Shown piece by piece: positions 44,487 to 56,300 of a DNA stretch of 64,000 nucleotides. The notes under the pieces are model-generated. The model was not told the origin of the DNA. It made no database searches and saw only the letters and a program-made list of their open reading frames with translations. The stretch is from Rhizaria sp. SCN 62-66 (lineage: Eukaryota), in NCBI GenBank assembly GCA_001724265.1, contig MEDY01000092.1, positions 1 through 64,000 on the forward strand. The letters are read 5' to 3'. The position numbers and the translations under genes are program-made. The first letter of the stretch is position 1; each line of letters begins with the position of its first letter.

Positions 44487-45643
44487 ATGAGCCGCAAGCG
44501 TCGTGCGAGTGAAATGAAGGTCCAGGAGTCTTCCGAGGAGGAGGACGGCTTCGATGCCCTCGAGTTCGAGGCTCTCGAGGAGTACCAGGAGGAGATGGAG
44601 AAGATCAAGCGTGCTGCCACCAGCATCAAGGGCGAGATCATTAACAACAAGGTACGACATTCCCCATTACGCATTTGACCACTACCCCCTGCTTTTAATC
44701 CACCCAGGGTCTTCTGTCGCTCATAACTCGTCAAAGCCGTCACACACACTTCACTTCCCTCTCACACCTCTCGAAACTTCACGTCTCTCTTTTGCTTTTG
44801 TCTCCCTCGGTCCCTGTCCGCCTTATGCTTTCCTGTCACGCTCTCCAGGAAGGTCTGCTGCAGAAGATTGAGGACATTGCGCTGCCGCGCGACTGGATGT
44901 GGATCGAGACGCTCGACGTGCACACCACAGAGCCTCTCCAAGTCGACGAGAACGACGACCTTAAGCGCGAGGCCGCCTTCTACGAGTCGTCCCTCGACGC
45001 CGTCAAGCTCGCGCTCATCCAGCTCAAGCAGTCGGGCGTGCCGTTCGAGCGCCCCGCAGACTACTACGCCGAGTCCGTCAAGCCCGACACGCACATGTCC
45101 AAGATCAAGCAGATCCTGATCAACGACAAGAAGCGCATGGAGGAGGTCGAGGAACGCCGTCGCAAGCGCGACATCCGCAAGTTCGCCAAGGCCGTCCGTA
45201 CCGAGAAGGTCAACGAGCGTCTCGACCGTAAGCGCGCCGCGCTCGAGGAGATCGACCGCGTCAAGAACCGCAACAAGCACAACGACGTGTCGAGTGCCGA
45301 GTTCAAGGCGTCTCTCCGCGGCGGCGGCGCCAACGGCAACGCCAGCAAGGGCAAGCGCTTCGAGGACTCGCTCCCCGGCGGCGTCGAGGCCGCCGAGCGC
45401 AAGGGCAAGGTCGGCTACCGCGGCAAGCGCGACGACGGCGCCGCTGCGGGCGGCAAGTCGCACAAGCGCGCTGCCAAGGACGAGAAGTATGGCGCTAAGA
45501 AGACCAACCGCCGCAACACGCCCGAGAGCTTTAACGACACTTCGAGCTACAGTCGCAAGCACAATGAGAGTGCCATCGGCCAGTTCGGTCCCAAGGGCTC
45601 CCACGGCAAGCGCGGCGGCGCCGGTGGCAACAAGCGCAAGTAA
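44487..45643 (+). CDS. EBP2: rRNA-processing protein EBP2, 319 aa; exons 44487-44651, 44849-45643
   Basis: Motifs INNK|EGLLQKIEDI, WIETLDV, NDDLKREAAFY, PFERPADYYAESVKPDTHMSKIK, RKFAKAV and KRAAKDEKYG. Stop TAA. Confidence 0.93.
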
Positions 45644-46197
45644 GCGCCTGAGGAGTTGCTTTTCCTGAAGCGTGCTTTTCCTGAAGCACGGTGTTTTAGT
45701 TTTAGTTTAGTTTGATAAGTACATGGTTTCATCATGTACACATATGTAGTCGGAAAAGTAAATGACGTTCTTCACCACAAGAGCGCAAACACAAAAATGA
45801 CCCCCAAATTTATCTTCATTTGCCTGCATCGTCTAAGCATTACGACGGGCTCGATACAAAGTCTCTGCATTTTTTGAAACTTTACTCCTTTGCAATGTTG
45901 AAACAAAATGTTATCATTTTCATTTGATTCTATGAATCGGTCTTTTTTTTTAATTATTCTGACAAGTATCGATCGTCTGAAATGTCAACGGTTGCCCAGG
46001 GGCACTCACAGAATGAAAAGATAGAAATGAATGGATTCGAATGAAATGATATTTATTCAGTGAAAAAACATGAAATTATATTATTTAAATATTCAAGGAC
46101 CACGCGCACAGAATTTCGTAGACTCATTAACCAATATCTTATCATATGTAACTTTCTTAATAAACCGACAAAGGCGAAAACGCATTCACTCGCTTAC

Positions 46198-49100
46198 TTA
46201 CGCCTCAGCGCTCTTGCCGTTGCCTTTGTCACCGCCCACAGCCTTATCCTTCTTCTCACTCGCGCCAGCGCCGGGAGCGTTGCCTTGGCTCTGGTTGCGA
46301 CTGTGCGTGCGGTTGTGCGCACTCGACTGCCGGCTCATTCTCAAGCCCTTAAGCCTGCTCTTGCTCTTGCTCTTGTTGTTGCTGGCGTCATCAACCGCCG
46401 AGTGCGACTGCCTCAGCGCCGCAAACGCGCCCCCGGCAACCTTCTCTAGCTCGCGCGGCTTGCCGACCTCGATGATGCGGCCCTTGTCCATAACGACGAC
46501 GATGTCGTAGTCCATCACCGTCTCAAGCCGGTGCGCGATCGTGATCACCGTCACGCCGCCGAACTCGCGCCGCAGCATCGTCTGCACCAGCGCGTCCGTC
46601 GCCAGGTCCACCGCCGCGGTCGCCTCGTCGACCAGGAGAACCTTAGCGCGGCGCAGCAGCGCGCGCGCAATACAGAGCAGCTGGCGCTGGCCCTGCGAGA
46701 AGACGTCGCCGGCGCCGGAGCCCAGGCGGAAGTCGAGGCCGCCAGGGAGCTCGGCGACCGTGTCAAGCAGGCCCACAGCGTCGAGCGCGAGCCACAGGCG
46801 GCACTCGCGGCCCGATTTGAGGTCGGCGGGGGTGAAGCCCATCTCCTTCGGGGACGGCCACGACCACGAGTCGTCGCTCCTGCCACCGCCGCTGCTCGAT
46901 GACGATGAGCTCGAGCTGGCGCTGCTGCTACCGGTGTCACCGCAGAGGAGCGCGTCGTTGTAGTCGTCCGCCAGGCCCGCGTAGACTCTGTAGCGCAATT
47001 CCTCGTCGTCGTCGCAGAGCTGCTCACTGCCCACCGTGACCGCCGTGTGCTGCTGCTGTGCGCGCGTCCCGTCAAGCGACATCGCGGCGTGCGCCTGCGC
47101 CTGCGCGTGCGCGAGCGCGACTGCGGGGCGAAGGCGGCCGCGCGCGTCGCGCCGGGGCTTGCGCGCGGCCTGCACCGCCGTCTCGGCCGCGGGGTCAAGG
47201 TTGAAGCGCACGGAGCCCGTGAACAGGACGGGCTCCTGCGGGATCGTGGCCATGCCGCGGCGCAGCGTCGACAGCGGCACGCGCGCGATGTCGATGCCGT
47301 CGAGCAGGACGGAGCCGCGCCAATCGACGTCGTGCACGGCGGCGCGGGCGCTGTCAGCCTCGCCGCTGGCACCTGCAGGCGCAGAGTCAGCAGTCGAGTT
47401 GCTGTTGGAGTCAGCGCTGTCGGCGTTGGCGTAGGCGTTGCTGTTGTTGTAAGCCATCGCGAGCGCAATGATGGGATCAGTGCAGTCAGCGACGCCGGCA
47501 GCGAGTCCGGCCTCGACAAGCGCCGCGTCAGACAGCAGACCAACAGTGTCAGCACTGCTTGAGTTCGCGTGCGAGTTCGAGCGATAGCGGCTGTTTGTCC
47601 CGTTCACGCCGTGCTTGGCGTTCCACGCGGCCGCGTTGGCGCTGGCCTGCGAGTCGGTCTCGCCGAGCAGCGCGCCCAGCACCGCAGCGGCCTCCGCGCG
47701 CACGCGCTCGTGCTCCGTGGTGCGGAACAGCAACTGCAGCAGCGAGCTCTTGCCGGCGCCCGTGCGGCCGACGACGGCGACCTTGGTGCCTGCCGCGATG
47801 GGCAGTGAGACGTCGCGCAGCACTAGCGGCGTGTCGGGGCGGTAGCGCATCGATACGTGGCGCAGCTCGAGCGCGCCAGTGCGAGGCCAGCGCGGCGGCG
47901 GCGGCGGCGGGAGGAGCGCGGCCGGCAGCCGGGTCAGCCGCGCCGCGGGCGTGGGCCGCTGCTTGGCCTGCTCGATGAAGACGGGGTCGCGAACCTGCGC
48001 CGGCGACGCCGCGGCCTCGGGGGAGAGCGCGATGAACTCGTCGACGCGCTGCGCGCTGTTAAGCTGTGACTCGACGTCGATGCTGAGGCGGACGAGCCAG
48101 TTGAGGCGCTGCGTGACGGCCATGGCGTAGCCGACGAGGAGGCCGATGAGGCCCGCGTTGAGCGCGGGGTGCGCACCGAGCGCGCTCGCGCCGAGACGGG
48201 ACCAGGCCGACCACCACCAGTCAGAGTCACGCTTCGCGCTGCTGCTGTCACCGCTCTCGTTGCCGTTAACGCTGCTCATGTTCGTACTGGACGCAGTCGC
48301 GGAGGGCGCGATCGTCGAGAGCAGCGCGGTGATGTCGCGAGCATCAACACCAGGGAGCAACGCCGCAATACTATCAGCATCCACACTTCCACTCGCACTC
48401 AGAGAGTTCACGTTCGGGTTGTGCAGTGAGCGGAGTGCAACGGTGACGACCTCTGCAGCGACTGCAAGCTCGCTCATTTCGCTGTCGCCACTGGTACTCA
48501 CCCTGGAGGCAGATGCACTCATACTGATGTACTTAGCCTCGGTATAAGTGTCCGCGAGCGGGGACCACTGCGGCAGACCGAGCGCGCGCGCCAAGACGTC
48601 GCCCGCAGCCTCGAGGGCAGTTTTGCTGGCGCGGCGCGCGCTGGCGGTCGTGGCGCGGGCTGCGATCGTAGTCGCAATTGCGGCAGCAGCCTCGAGTTCA
48701 GCATTACTCACAGTCGAGCCGGTGCCGAAGTCGACGTCAGAAGTCGTACTGTTGTTGTTGACGCTGCTGCGAGACGCGAGAATCGCAGTTGCGACAACGC
48801 CGATGGCAGCGGCAGCAGCCTCAATTGCAGTTAAAGCCGCAGTGCGCACCACAGAAAGGTCACTCGCGCTCGCGCTCACAACGCCACTAAACGCAGCCAC
48901 AGTGCTGTTCGTGGCTACACTCGCGACGACACCGGTAGCAGCGTTAACCGTCGCCGTCGCCGCCACCGCTGTCGCGCTTGACTTGGCGAATGTTGCGGCA
49001 GGCGCGAGCGCAAAGCCGAGCGTGGTGACGTACGTAACGGACGACGACATCATCGCGATGGCGCCAGCCAGGAACAGGATGAGCGCGCCGAGGATGTCCA

Positions 49101-52100
49101 GCCGCACCGCCAGCCAGCGGTTCGAGCACTGGTTGGCGTAGCGCGCGCGGCAACTGTGGTCGACGAGCGTCTGGTTGCGCGACATGAACTCGAGCCGCTT
49201 GCGGTACGCGCGGATCGACGTCAGCCCCTCGAGCGTGGACTCGAACTGGGTGAAGATGGGCGAGTTGGACAGCGCCTCCAGGCGGCGTGTCTCGCGGGCC
49301 GTGGAGCGGTAGTAGCGCGAGATCATGTAGAAAATAGCACCGATGGGCACAAGCGCGGCGGCGAACCAGACCGCGCCGAAGGTGATGACGATGAGAAACG
49401 ACACGCCGTGCACGTACGAGGTGATGCAGTTGAAGAAGGCCGTCGGCAGGCCCTGGTCGAGCGCGGACACGTCCTTGGAGAAGCGGTTCACGATGCGGCC
49501 CGTCGGGGTCGTGTCGAAGAACGTCACGGGCGCCTGAATTACTGCAATGAGCAGCTTGTCGTGCAGCAAACGGGCAGCGCGGATGCCGAGCCAGGCCGCG
49601 AGCAGGTTCGCGATGAGCGACACGACGACCGCGCCGGCTGCAAACAGCGCGTATACCTTGATGTAGAAAAGCCCTTCGCGGTGGTACGAGTCCGAGGACC
49701 AGGCCGAGAGCCACACGTCAGTGAAGCGCTGCAGCGCGGCCTGCGCGACGATGGCGACGACGGCGAGGAACGGCAGGAAAATGCCCATGGAGCGGAGGTA
49801 ATTGAAGTAGACGGCCCATTCAACCGAGCCCGAGTGGCGCTGCTCGGCCGCCACCAGCGTCACCACGGGCTTCGCCGCAGTCTTGTCGCCGTCCTTTGCG
49901 CCGCTCTCACTCTCGCTGGGGCTCGCACAGGCAGTTGTGCTGGCAGCTGCAGTTCGGGAGATGGCGGAGGCGCCGCGGTTCATCGACTTGGCCTTGGCCA
50001 GAGAGCTGGATGACTTGGCGACAGCCACGGGCGGTGCCGCGGCGCTCGCAGCGGCGCTGCTCTGCGCGTTGGCACTTGTTGTGTTCGTATTGACCTCTTC
50101 TTGCTCTTCGGTCACGTTCTTTGCCTGAGACTTGCTCGCAGCAGCAGCGTCGGCGCTTGCGTCGACAGCAGCATCAGTGCCACTAGAGAGCTCACTCCAG
50201 GCGCTGTTGCTCCTCGCAACCTCGGTCGAGTTGGCGACGCTGTCCGCCAAGTTCGGCGTGATGTCATTCGCCACATTGTCATGCGACGCGGACGTCGACA
50301 GCGACAGCGACGTGCTCCCGTCGTCCTCGTCGTCGTTCTGGATCGCCAAGGCGGCCTGGTACTGCGCGCGGTACCCCGCCGCGGTCACGGCCGGAAACAG
50401 CGCCGCGAACGCGCCCTGTAGCGGGCACATCGCGGCCGCGGCGCCCTCAGGGGCCGCCACGGACGCGAAGGCCGCGAGCGGGATCAGCGGGCAGCCGTGC
50501 GCGGCCTGCGCGACGCGGGCGCCCGAGCCGGCGGGCGGCGCGGGGGCCTTGGCGCCCGCAGTCACAAGCGCCGTGCTGCTGCCGCTTGCGTTGTTGCCAT
50601 CATTGTTCACACCAGCAGCAGCGTCAGCGGCGTCGGCAGCGTCGGCAGCAGCGTTCGCGTTGCCAGAGCTGTCGATCGCCATGAGTTCGTCGAAAGAACC
50701 ATCTTCCTGAATGCGGATCGCAAGAGCGCGGCGCTTCAGTGACCAACCAATGGTCTCGACACTGGTCGCAGCAACCTTGCTCACGACCACGGCCGCCCCA
50801 CTCGCAGCGGCGTGGGTAGAGCTGCCAGACGCGCTTGCACTTTCGTTCCCGTTGGCAGGCGTCGCCGCTGCCGAAGACTTAGCCTGAGCGGCGTGACCAC
50901 TGGCACTAACACTGGCGCTGCCGGCGACGGCTGCGGCGGCGGCAGCCTCCTGCGCCGTGCCCTGCGACGTCGACTGCATCACGATGACGCGGTCGGCATG
51001 TTGGGCGAGCCGCACGTGGTGGGTCGCCAGTACGCGCGTCTTATCCTTGAGCAGCCCGTTGGGACCCAGTACGCGGTTGAAGACATGTCGCGCGACGTGC
51101 TGGTCCAGCGCGCTGAGGGGCGCGTCGAACAGGAAGATGTCGCAGACGTGGCGCGCATACACAGCGCGCGCGATGCCGAGGCGCTGGCGTTGTCCGCCGG
51201 AGAGGTTCGACCCGCGCTCGCCGACCTCTGTCATGTCGCCGTTGGGCAGGATGGCCAGATCGGTCGTCAGCGCGCACGCCTCGACAGTCTCGGCGAAGAG
51301 CTTGGGGATGAAGGGCGCGCCCAGGGTGATGTTCTCGCGGACCGTGGCGTTGAACAGCCAGGGGACTTGCGGCACGAAGGCGATGCGCGAGAGTGGGTTC
51401 GCGAACGACGCGGCCGCGCGCGGAGTCGGCAGCGGGAGGCGCGACAACGCGGCCAGCACAGTCGCGGCGGGGGAGCGCAGCGACGCGTGCGGGGACTCGG
51501 GCGCCGCCGCGGTCTGGCCGGGGATAAGGGACAGCAGCGAGGGTGAGTGGTCGATCTCGCCGAGCAGGCACTGAAGCAGGAACGACTTGCCGGAGCCGAC
51601 GGGGCCGACGATGACCGTGAAGGAGCCCGGCGCGAGGTACAAGTGCGGGATGTGCAGAGTCGGCAGCGGCAGCGTCGTCGTCACCGTTGCGCTCGCAGCC
51701 GCGGCGGCGGGCTTGGAGATGCTCGCGCGCGGCGTGCTGGAGCTACGACTGGGAGTCCCGGTCCCTGTGAAGGCACCCGTGAAGGTACCCGTGGCCATGT
51801 GTGCACTGGTGCTCGGTGCGATGGCGACTATGGCGGTGAGGTCCACCGCGCTGACGCGGAGCGGGTCGGCGCGCTCGGCCCAGAAGTCCCTCTGATGCAC
51901 CCAGAGCGCGCCGCGGGGCAGCGCAGCCGTGCGGGAGAAGCGCGTGCTGAGGCGCGTCAGCACGCGCGCCGGCTCCGGCAGCGGGGTGGCGGGGCGCGGG
52001 GTCGGCGCGCCGGCGATCTTGCCCAGGCCGCTGCTGTTAGTGGTGCTGCTCGTGTTGACGACGGCGCTCGACGAGAGCGAGCTGCTGTTGGGGCTCGCGT

Positions 52101-53339
52101 ACGTGCTGCTCTCGTTGTTATGGCGCGCGTCCGCGGCGACGACGAGCTCCTCGACGTACCCGGGCGGGGCCTGGTCTGGGTGCGCGAGCAGCTCGCCGAT
52201 GCGGCGAATCGAGATGCCGCCCTCGATGATGTACTGGATGGCGAACGGCAGCGACAGCAACGGCTGCTGCAGCATGTTGAACAGATTCAGCGCGGTGAAC
52301 GCCGACGCGGGGGTCAGCGTCCCGCCCGCGGCGAGCACGTAGACGAGGAAGGTAGCGGTGGCGACGACCGTGGGCAGCGCCTGCAGCACCATGGCCTGCA
52401 CGCCGCCGAGCGCCTGGCGAGACAGCGCGAACGCGGTTTCGGGCGCGCGGACGGCGCGGATAACCGAGAGCAGGTACTGTTCCCAGCCCTGCATCTTGAC
52501 CGTGCGGATGCCGACTAGCAGCTCCATGGTGAGGTTGACGCGCTCGTCAGCCTTGGCCACGGCGCGGCCGGAGTAGCGGCCCTGGATGACGTTGAGGCGC
52601 AGCTGCAGCGGGATCGTGACGATGAGCGCGACAACGCCGGCGACGGTGGCCCAGCCCAGAAGCTGCACGAGCATGATGATCGTGATGATGCACTGAGGCG
52701 GAACGAAGAACACGTAGTACCCCATCCAGTAGACGGACTCGACGCGCTGCGAGTCGGTGGACATGATGTTGGCGATCTTGCCGCTGGTGATTGAATCGCG
52801 CGAGTGCAGCGACATCGTCAGCGTCTTGCGGTACACGAGTCCGATGACCAGCGAGCGCACGCGCATGGCTTCGCGGATGAGCAGGTGGTACGAGTGCTGC
52901 AGCGCGAGCGACTGCAGCAGCGACGACACGACGAGAACGATCATGAGCAGATAGCCGTAGAAGCCATGCTCGCCGCCCCAGAAGGGCGCCGAGTCCATGT
53001 CATCCGCGAAGACAATCAGCGCGTTGAGACACAGCGGGCCGACGAAGCCGAGCAGGTCGCCGATGAGCTTGAGCGCGCAGGCGAGCAGCGAGCGGCGGCC
53101 CGTCGCGCTGATGAGCCCGTGGAGCACCGTGCTGGAGAAGTAGCGCGCCGCGAGGATCTGCTCGGCCGTGAACATGCGCAACGAACCGAGGTTGTCAGCG
53201 CCGCTCTTGCTGCAAGCCGCACTCGCACCCACGCCCCCGTCGCCGCTGCTGCTGCCCGAGGGGCCCGCGCCCGACTCAGGCTGGCGGCCGCTGACACCGG
53301 AGTTGCTTCGGGATACGGCGTCCGAGTCGGCTCCACTGC

Positions 53340-53376
<37 letters not shown>

Positions 53377-56300
53377 TCGGTCGCGCGCCGAGCTCGCCAC
53401 CGCAGCGGTCCTGGCGCGCGCCGCCGCGGCCGCCGCGCTGCCGTCGTCGTCGCAGTCGCGCTCAGTCGGGTCCTGCTCGTTCTTGAGCTGCGACTCGCTC
53501 ACGCCGATCGACGAGCTGAACCGGATCAGAGCGCTGCGGAGGGACTCCTCCTCGGGCGTGTCGTTCTTTGAGATCGCACCGGCGGCGCCGGCGCCCACGG
53601 CAGCGCCGCCGCGCATGCCCGCGCCCGGGAGCGCGGCGGCACCGGCGACATAGTCACCCTGGGGGTTTCGAGTACCCGCAGTCTCGGAGGGAAGCAAATG
53701 CGCGACATCGGCCATCGCACTCGCGTCAAACCCGTAGCCGTCATGACTGTGGCCGCTATTACTGCAGCTGCTGACAAAGGCAGCACACGCGGCGGGCGTG
53801 CGCACCGCGGCGCCCGTGTCGTCGACGGAGACGCCGCTGGGCAGCACCGGCAGCGCCGCCGCGCCCCCGGCCTCAGCGAAGGCGCCGGCAAGGCGCGCGC
53901 GCGCCGCGGCCGTGGCGGCGGTCGCTGCGGTGGCGTCGCATCCGGCCGCGGCGTCGAATGCGCGCTCACGCATGCGCATCACGGCACCGTGGTCAAACGC
54001 GTTCATCGTGCGGCGCAGCGAGAGGTATGGCGCGAGGTAGTCGAGGTCGGAGGCGTTGATGACGGCGCGGTAGCCGTGTGCGATGAGCGGGTGCATGAAC
54101 GAGAAGAACAGATACGAGAAGCTCGACGACATGACTTCCCACGACGACGGGGCGACAGCGCCGGCCGCGGTCGGCGGCAGCGAGGCGGTGGCCGCGGCGG
54201 CGACAGTGACAGTGGCGGGGCGTTCGGGGACGCGCCAGATCGCGCCCGCGGTGAGGCGGCGCTTGATGGCGCTGAACACACCACCCTTGTTCTTGTCGTT
54301 CTCGGCGTCGGCGTTGTTCACGTTCACGTTGCTACGGGGCTCGTAGTAGGCGAACTCGGCGCTGTCGCCGCCGTCGCGCGGGCCGTGTGTGATCGACGCG
54401 CGCGACGCCGAGCTGATCACACCCACAGAAGAGCCGCCCGCGCCCCTGGCACCGGCGCCCTGGGCGGAGTTGGTGCTAGGGTTGGCGGCCAGATACGCAG
54501 TGCCAGGCCCGAGCAACAGAGTGCCGCGGCCGCTGGCGCCCGCGCCGGGCCCCACGCCCACGCCCGCGCCCGCGCCTGCGCCAGCAATGCGGGCGCCAGT
54601 GGAGCTGCGGTTACGGGCACTTGCACTTGCAGTCGCAGGTGCAGCGGCCTTCTTGCCGATGATTCTGGCGAGGGAAAGCCGGTCGTTGCCGTCGCTCGTC
54701 GCGATCTCAACAAGCTCGCTGACGTTGTCCTTCTTTGCCTTCTTCTGACCCGCCGCAGTGTTTTGCGACTTCGCGTTCTCTTTATCGTCGCACATGCGGC
54801 CTGGCTTCAGCGCGGGGTCGGTGCTATCCAGGAGCGCCACGCCGGAGAAATCCTTGGCGGCACTCCCGCCACCGCCGCCGGAGCACGCAGTGGGCAGAGC
54901 GGGCAGCCGGTCGACGTGGAAGAGCCCCTTGGCCACGGCGCCCTGGTAGGCCGCGTTGAGCGCTGGGTCGACCGGCTTGCCCGCGAGCGTGTAGCCGACC
55001 GGGCCTGGGGTCACCTCGGTTTCGGTCACCGCCACCGCATTCACATTCGCGCTGGAGGGCACCGAGGTCGCGGTCGCGACCACGGAGGCGGCTGCGGCGG
55101 CTGCGGCGGCCGCGGCGGCCGCGGTGACCGACGCGGTGGTGGGGCTCGCGGTGGCGATGCCGGCCGTGACGGTGCTGACCGAAGGACCGAGCGTGGTGTC
55201 ATCCGCGTCGACCAGCGTCAGCATCGCGACGTTCGCGCTCGTGGGGCTCAAACACGCGCCTGGGGCTCCGGAAGCAGCCGCGGCGGCGGCTGCGTGAGCT
55301 GCAGCGGCTGCGGCGGCGGCCGCCGCGAGGGTGGACCACACGGCGGCCTCGCGGCGCGTGTCCACTGTCGCGATCGCGGCGGCGGCGGCGGCGGTGGGCT
55401 GGCGGGTCGCGACTTGGGGGCGGGACTTGGGGATCGAGGCGAAGATGGACGCGATGGTCGCGCGCGCGACGATAGCGGCGTTCGCGTCGATGACAGAGTG
55501 CGCGATGCCACTGTTTGCGCCAGAGAGAGGAGGGCTATGGTCGGAAAGCGTCGCGTAGCCAGTGCCCGCGGCCGCAGCGGCAGGGTGGCTGTAGCCGCCG
55601 TGATGCCCGGACTCGTCAAACACAGAGAGTTCAGAAGCGCCGACGGGCGGCGCCGCGGCCGCGAGTGTTTGATCCATGATGAATCCCTCGCGGTGTGTTG
55701 CGGAGGCCGGCGTCGCGGAGTACACGTCGCTGGCGCTCTCGTCGTTGTGCGCAAGGATCTCATCCCGGTCGTCAAGGCTCCCGTCGTCGTCGCTATTGTC
55801 GCTGTTGTCCCGACTGTTCAGATCGTCATCGTCGAGATTGAAGTTGTTGCCGAGGCCGTGACCATGACCGTGAGTGGCCGACCGCAGCGAAGACCGTGGG
55901 CGCGTCATCTTACCCGCGCCCAGAGCCGAGGCCGCCACCACAGCGTCCGCCTTGGCAAAACAGTCTGAGCTGGTCGACGCGTACAGGTCGCGCGCGGTGG
56001 CCACCGGATCGGGTGCGTCGTCGGCAAGGAAGTAGCTGAACCCACCGTCGTACCAATCGTACAGGATGCGCTTCTTGACCTCAGCCCAGGACCACGGCGA
56101 CTGCCGCGCGATGGGCGCGCGCGTCTTGAGCGCCCGCTCGGCGCGCTCAGCGGCGCGGCGCGCGGCGAGTTTGCCGTCTCTCATGCCGGTCAAGTGCATG
56201 ATTGCGCAGAGGGCGGCCGCGCTCTCCTCGACGCCGGCGCCCGCGCCCTCGGCGTCGGCTGCGGCGGCATCCGCAGCGCCCGTGCGCCGCGCAGCCGCAT

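Noticed and set aside
45657-45688. Short direct duplications (TGCTTTTCCTGAAGC twice; ACGCTAAACAACC twice at ~19702) as CRISPR repeats or target-site duplications
   Set aside because: Only two adjacent copies each, with no spacers, terminal repeats or transposase; ordinary slippage.
46800-47700. Inteins explaining the inserts in ABCC NBD2
   Set aside because: No Hint-domain or terminal His-Asn plus Cys/Ser/Thr motifs were recognised; the inserts are low-complexity.
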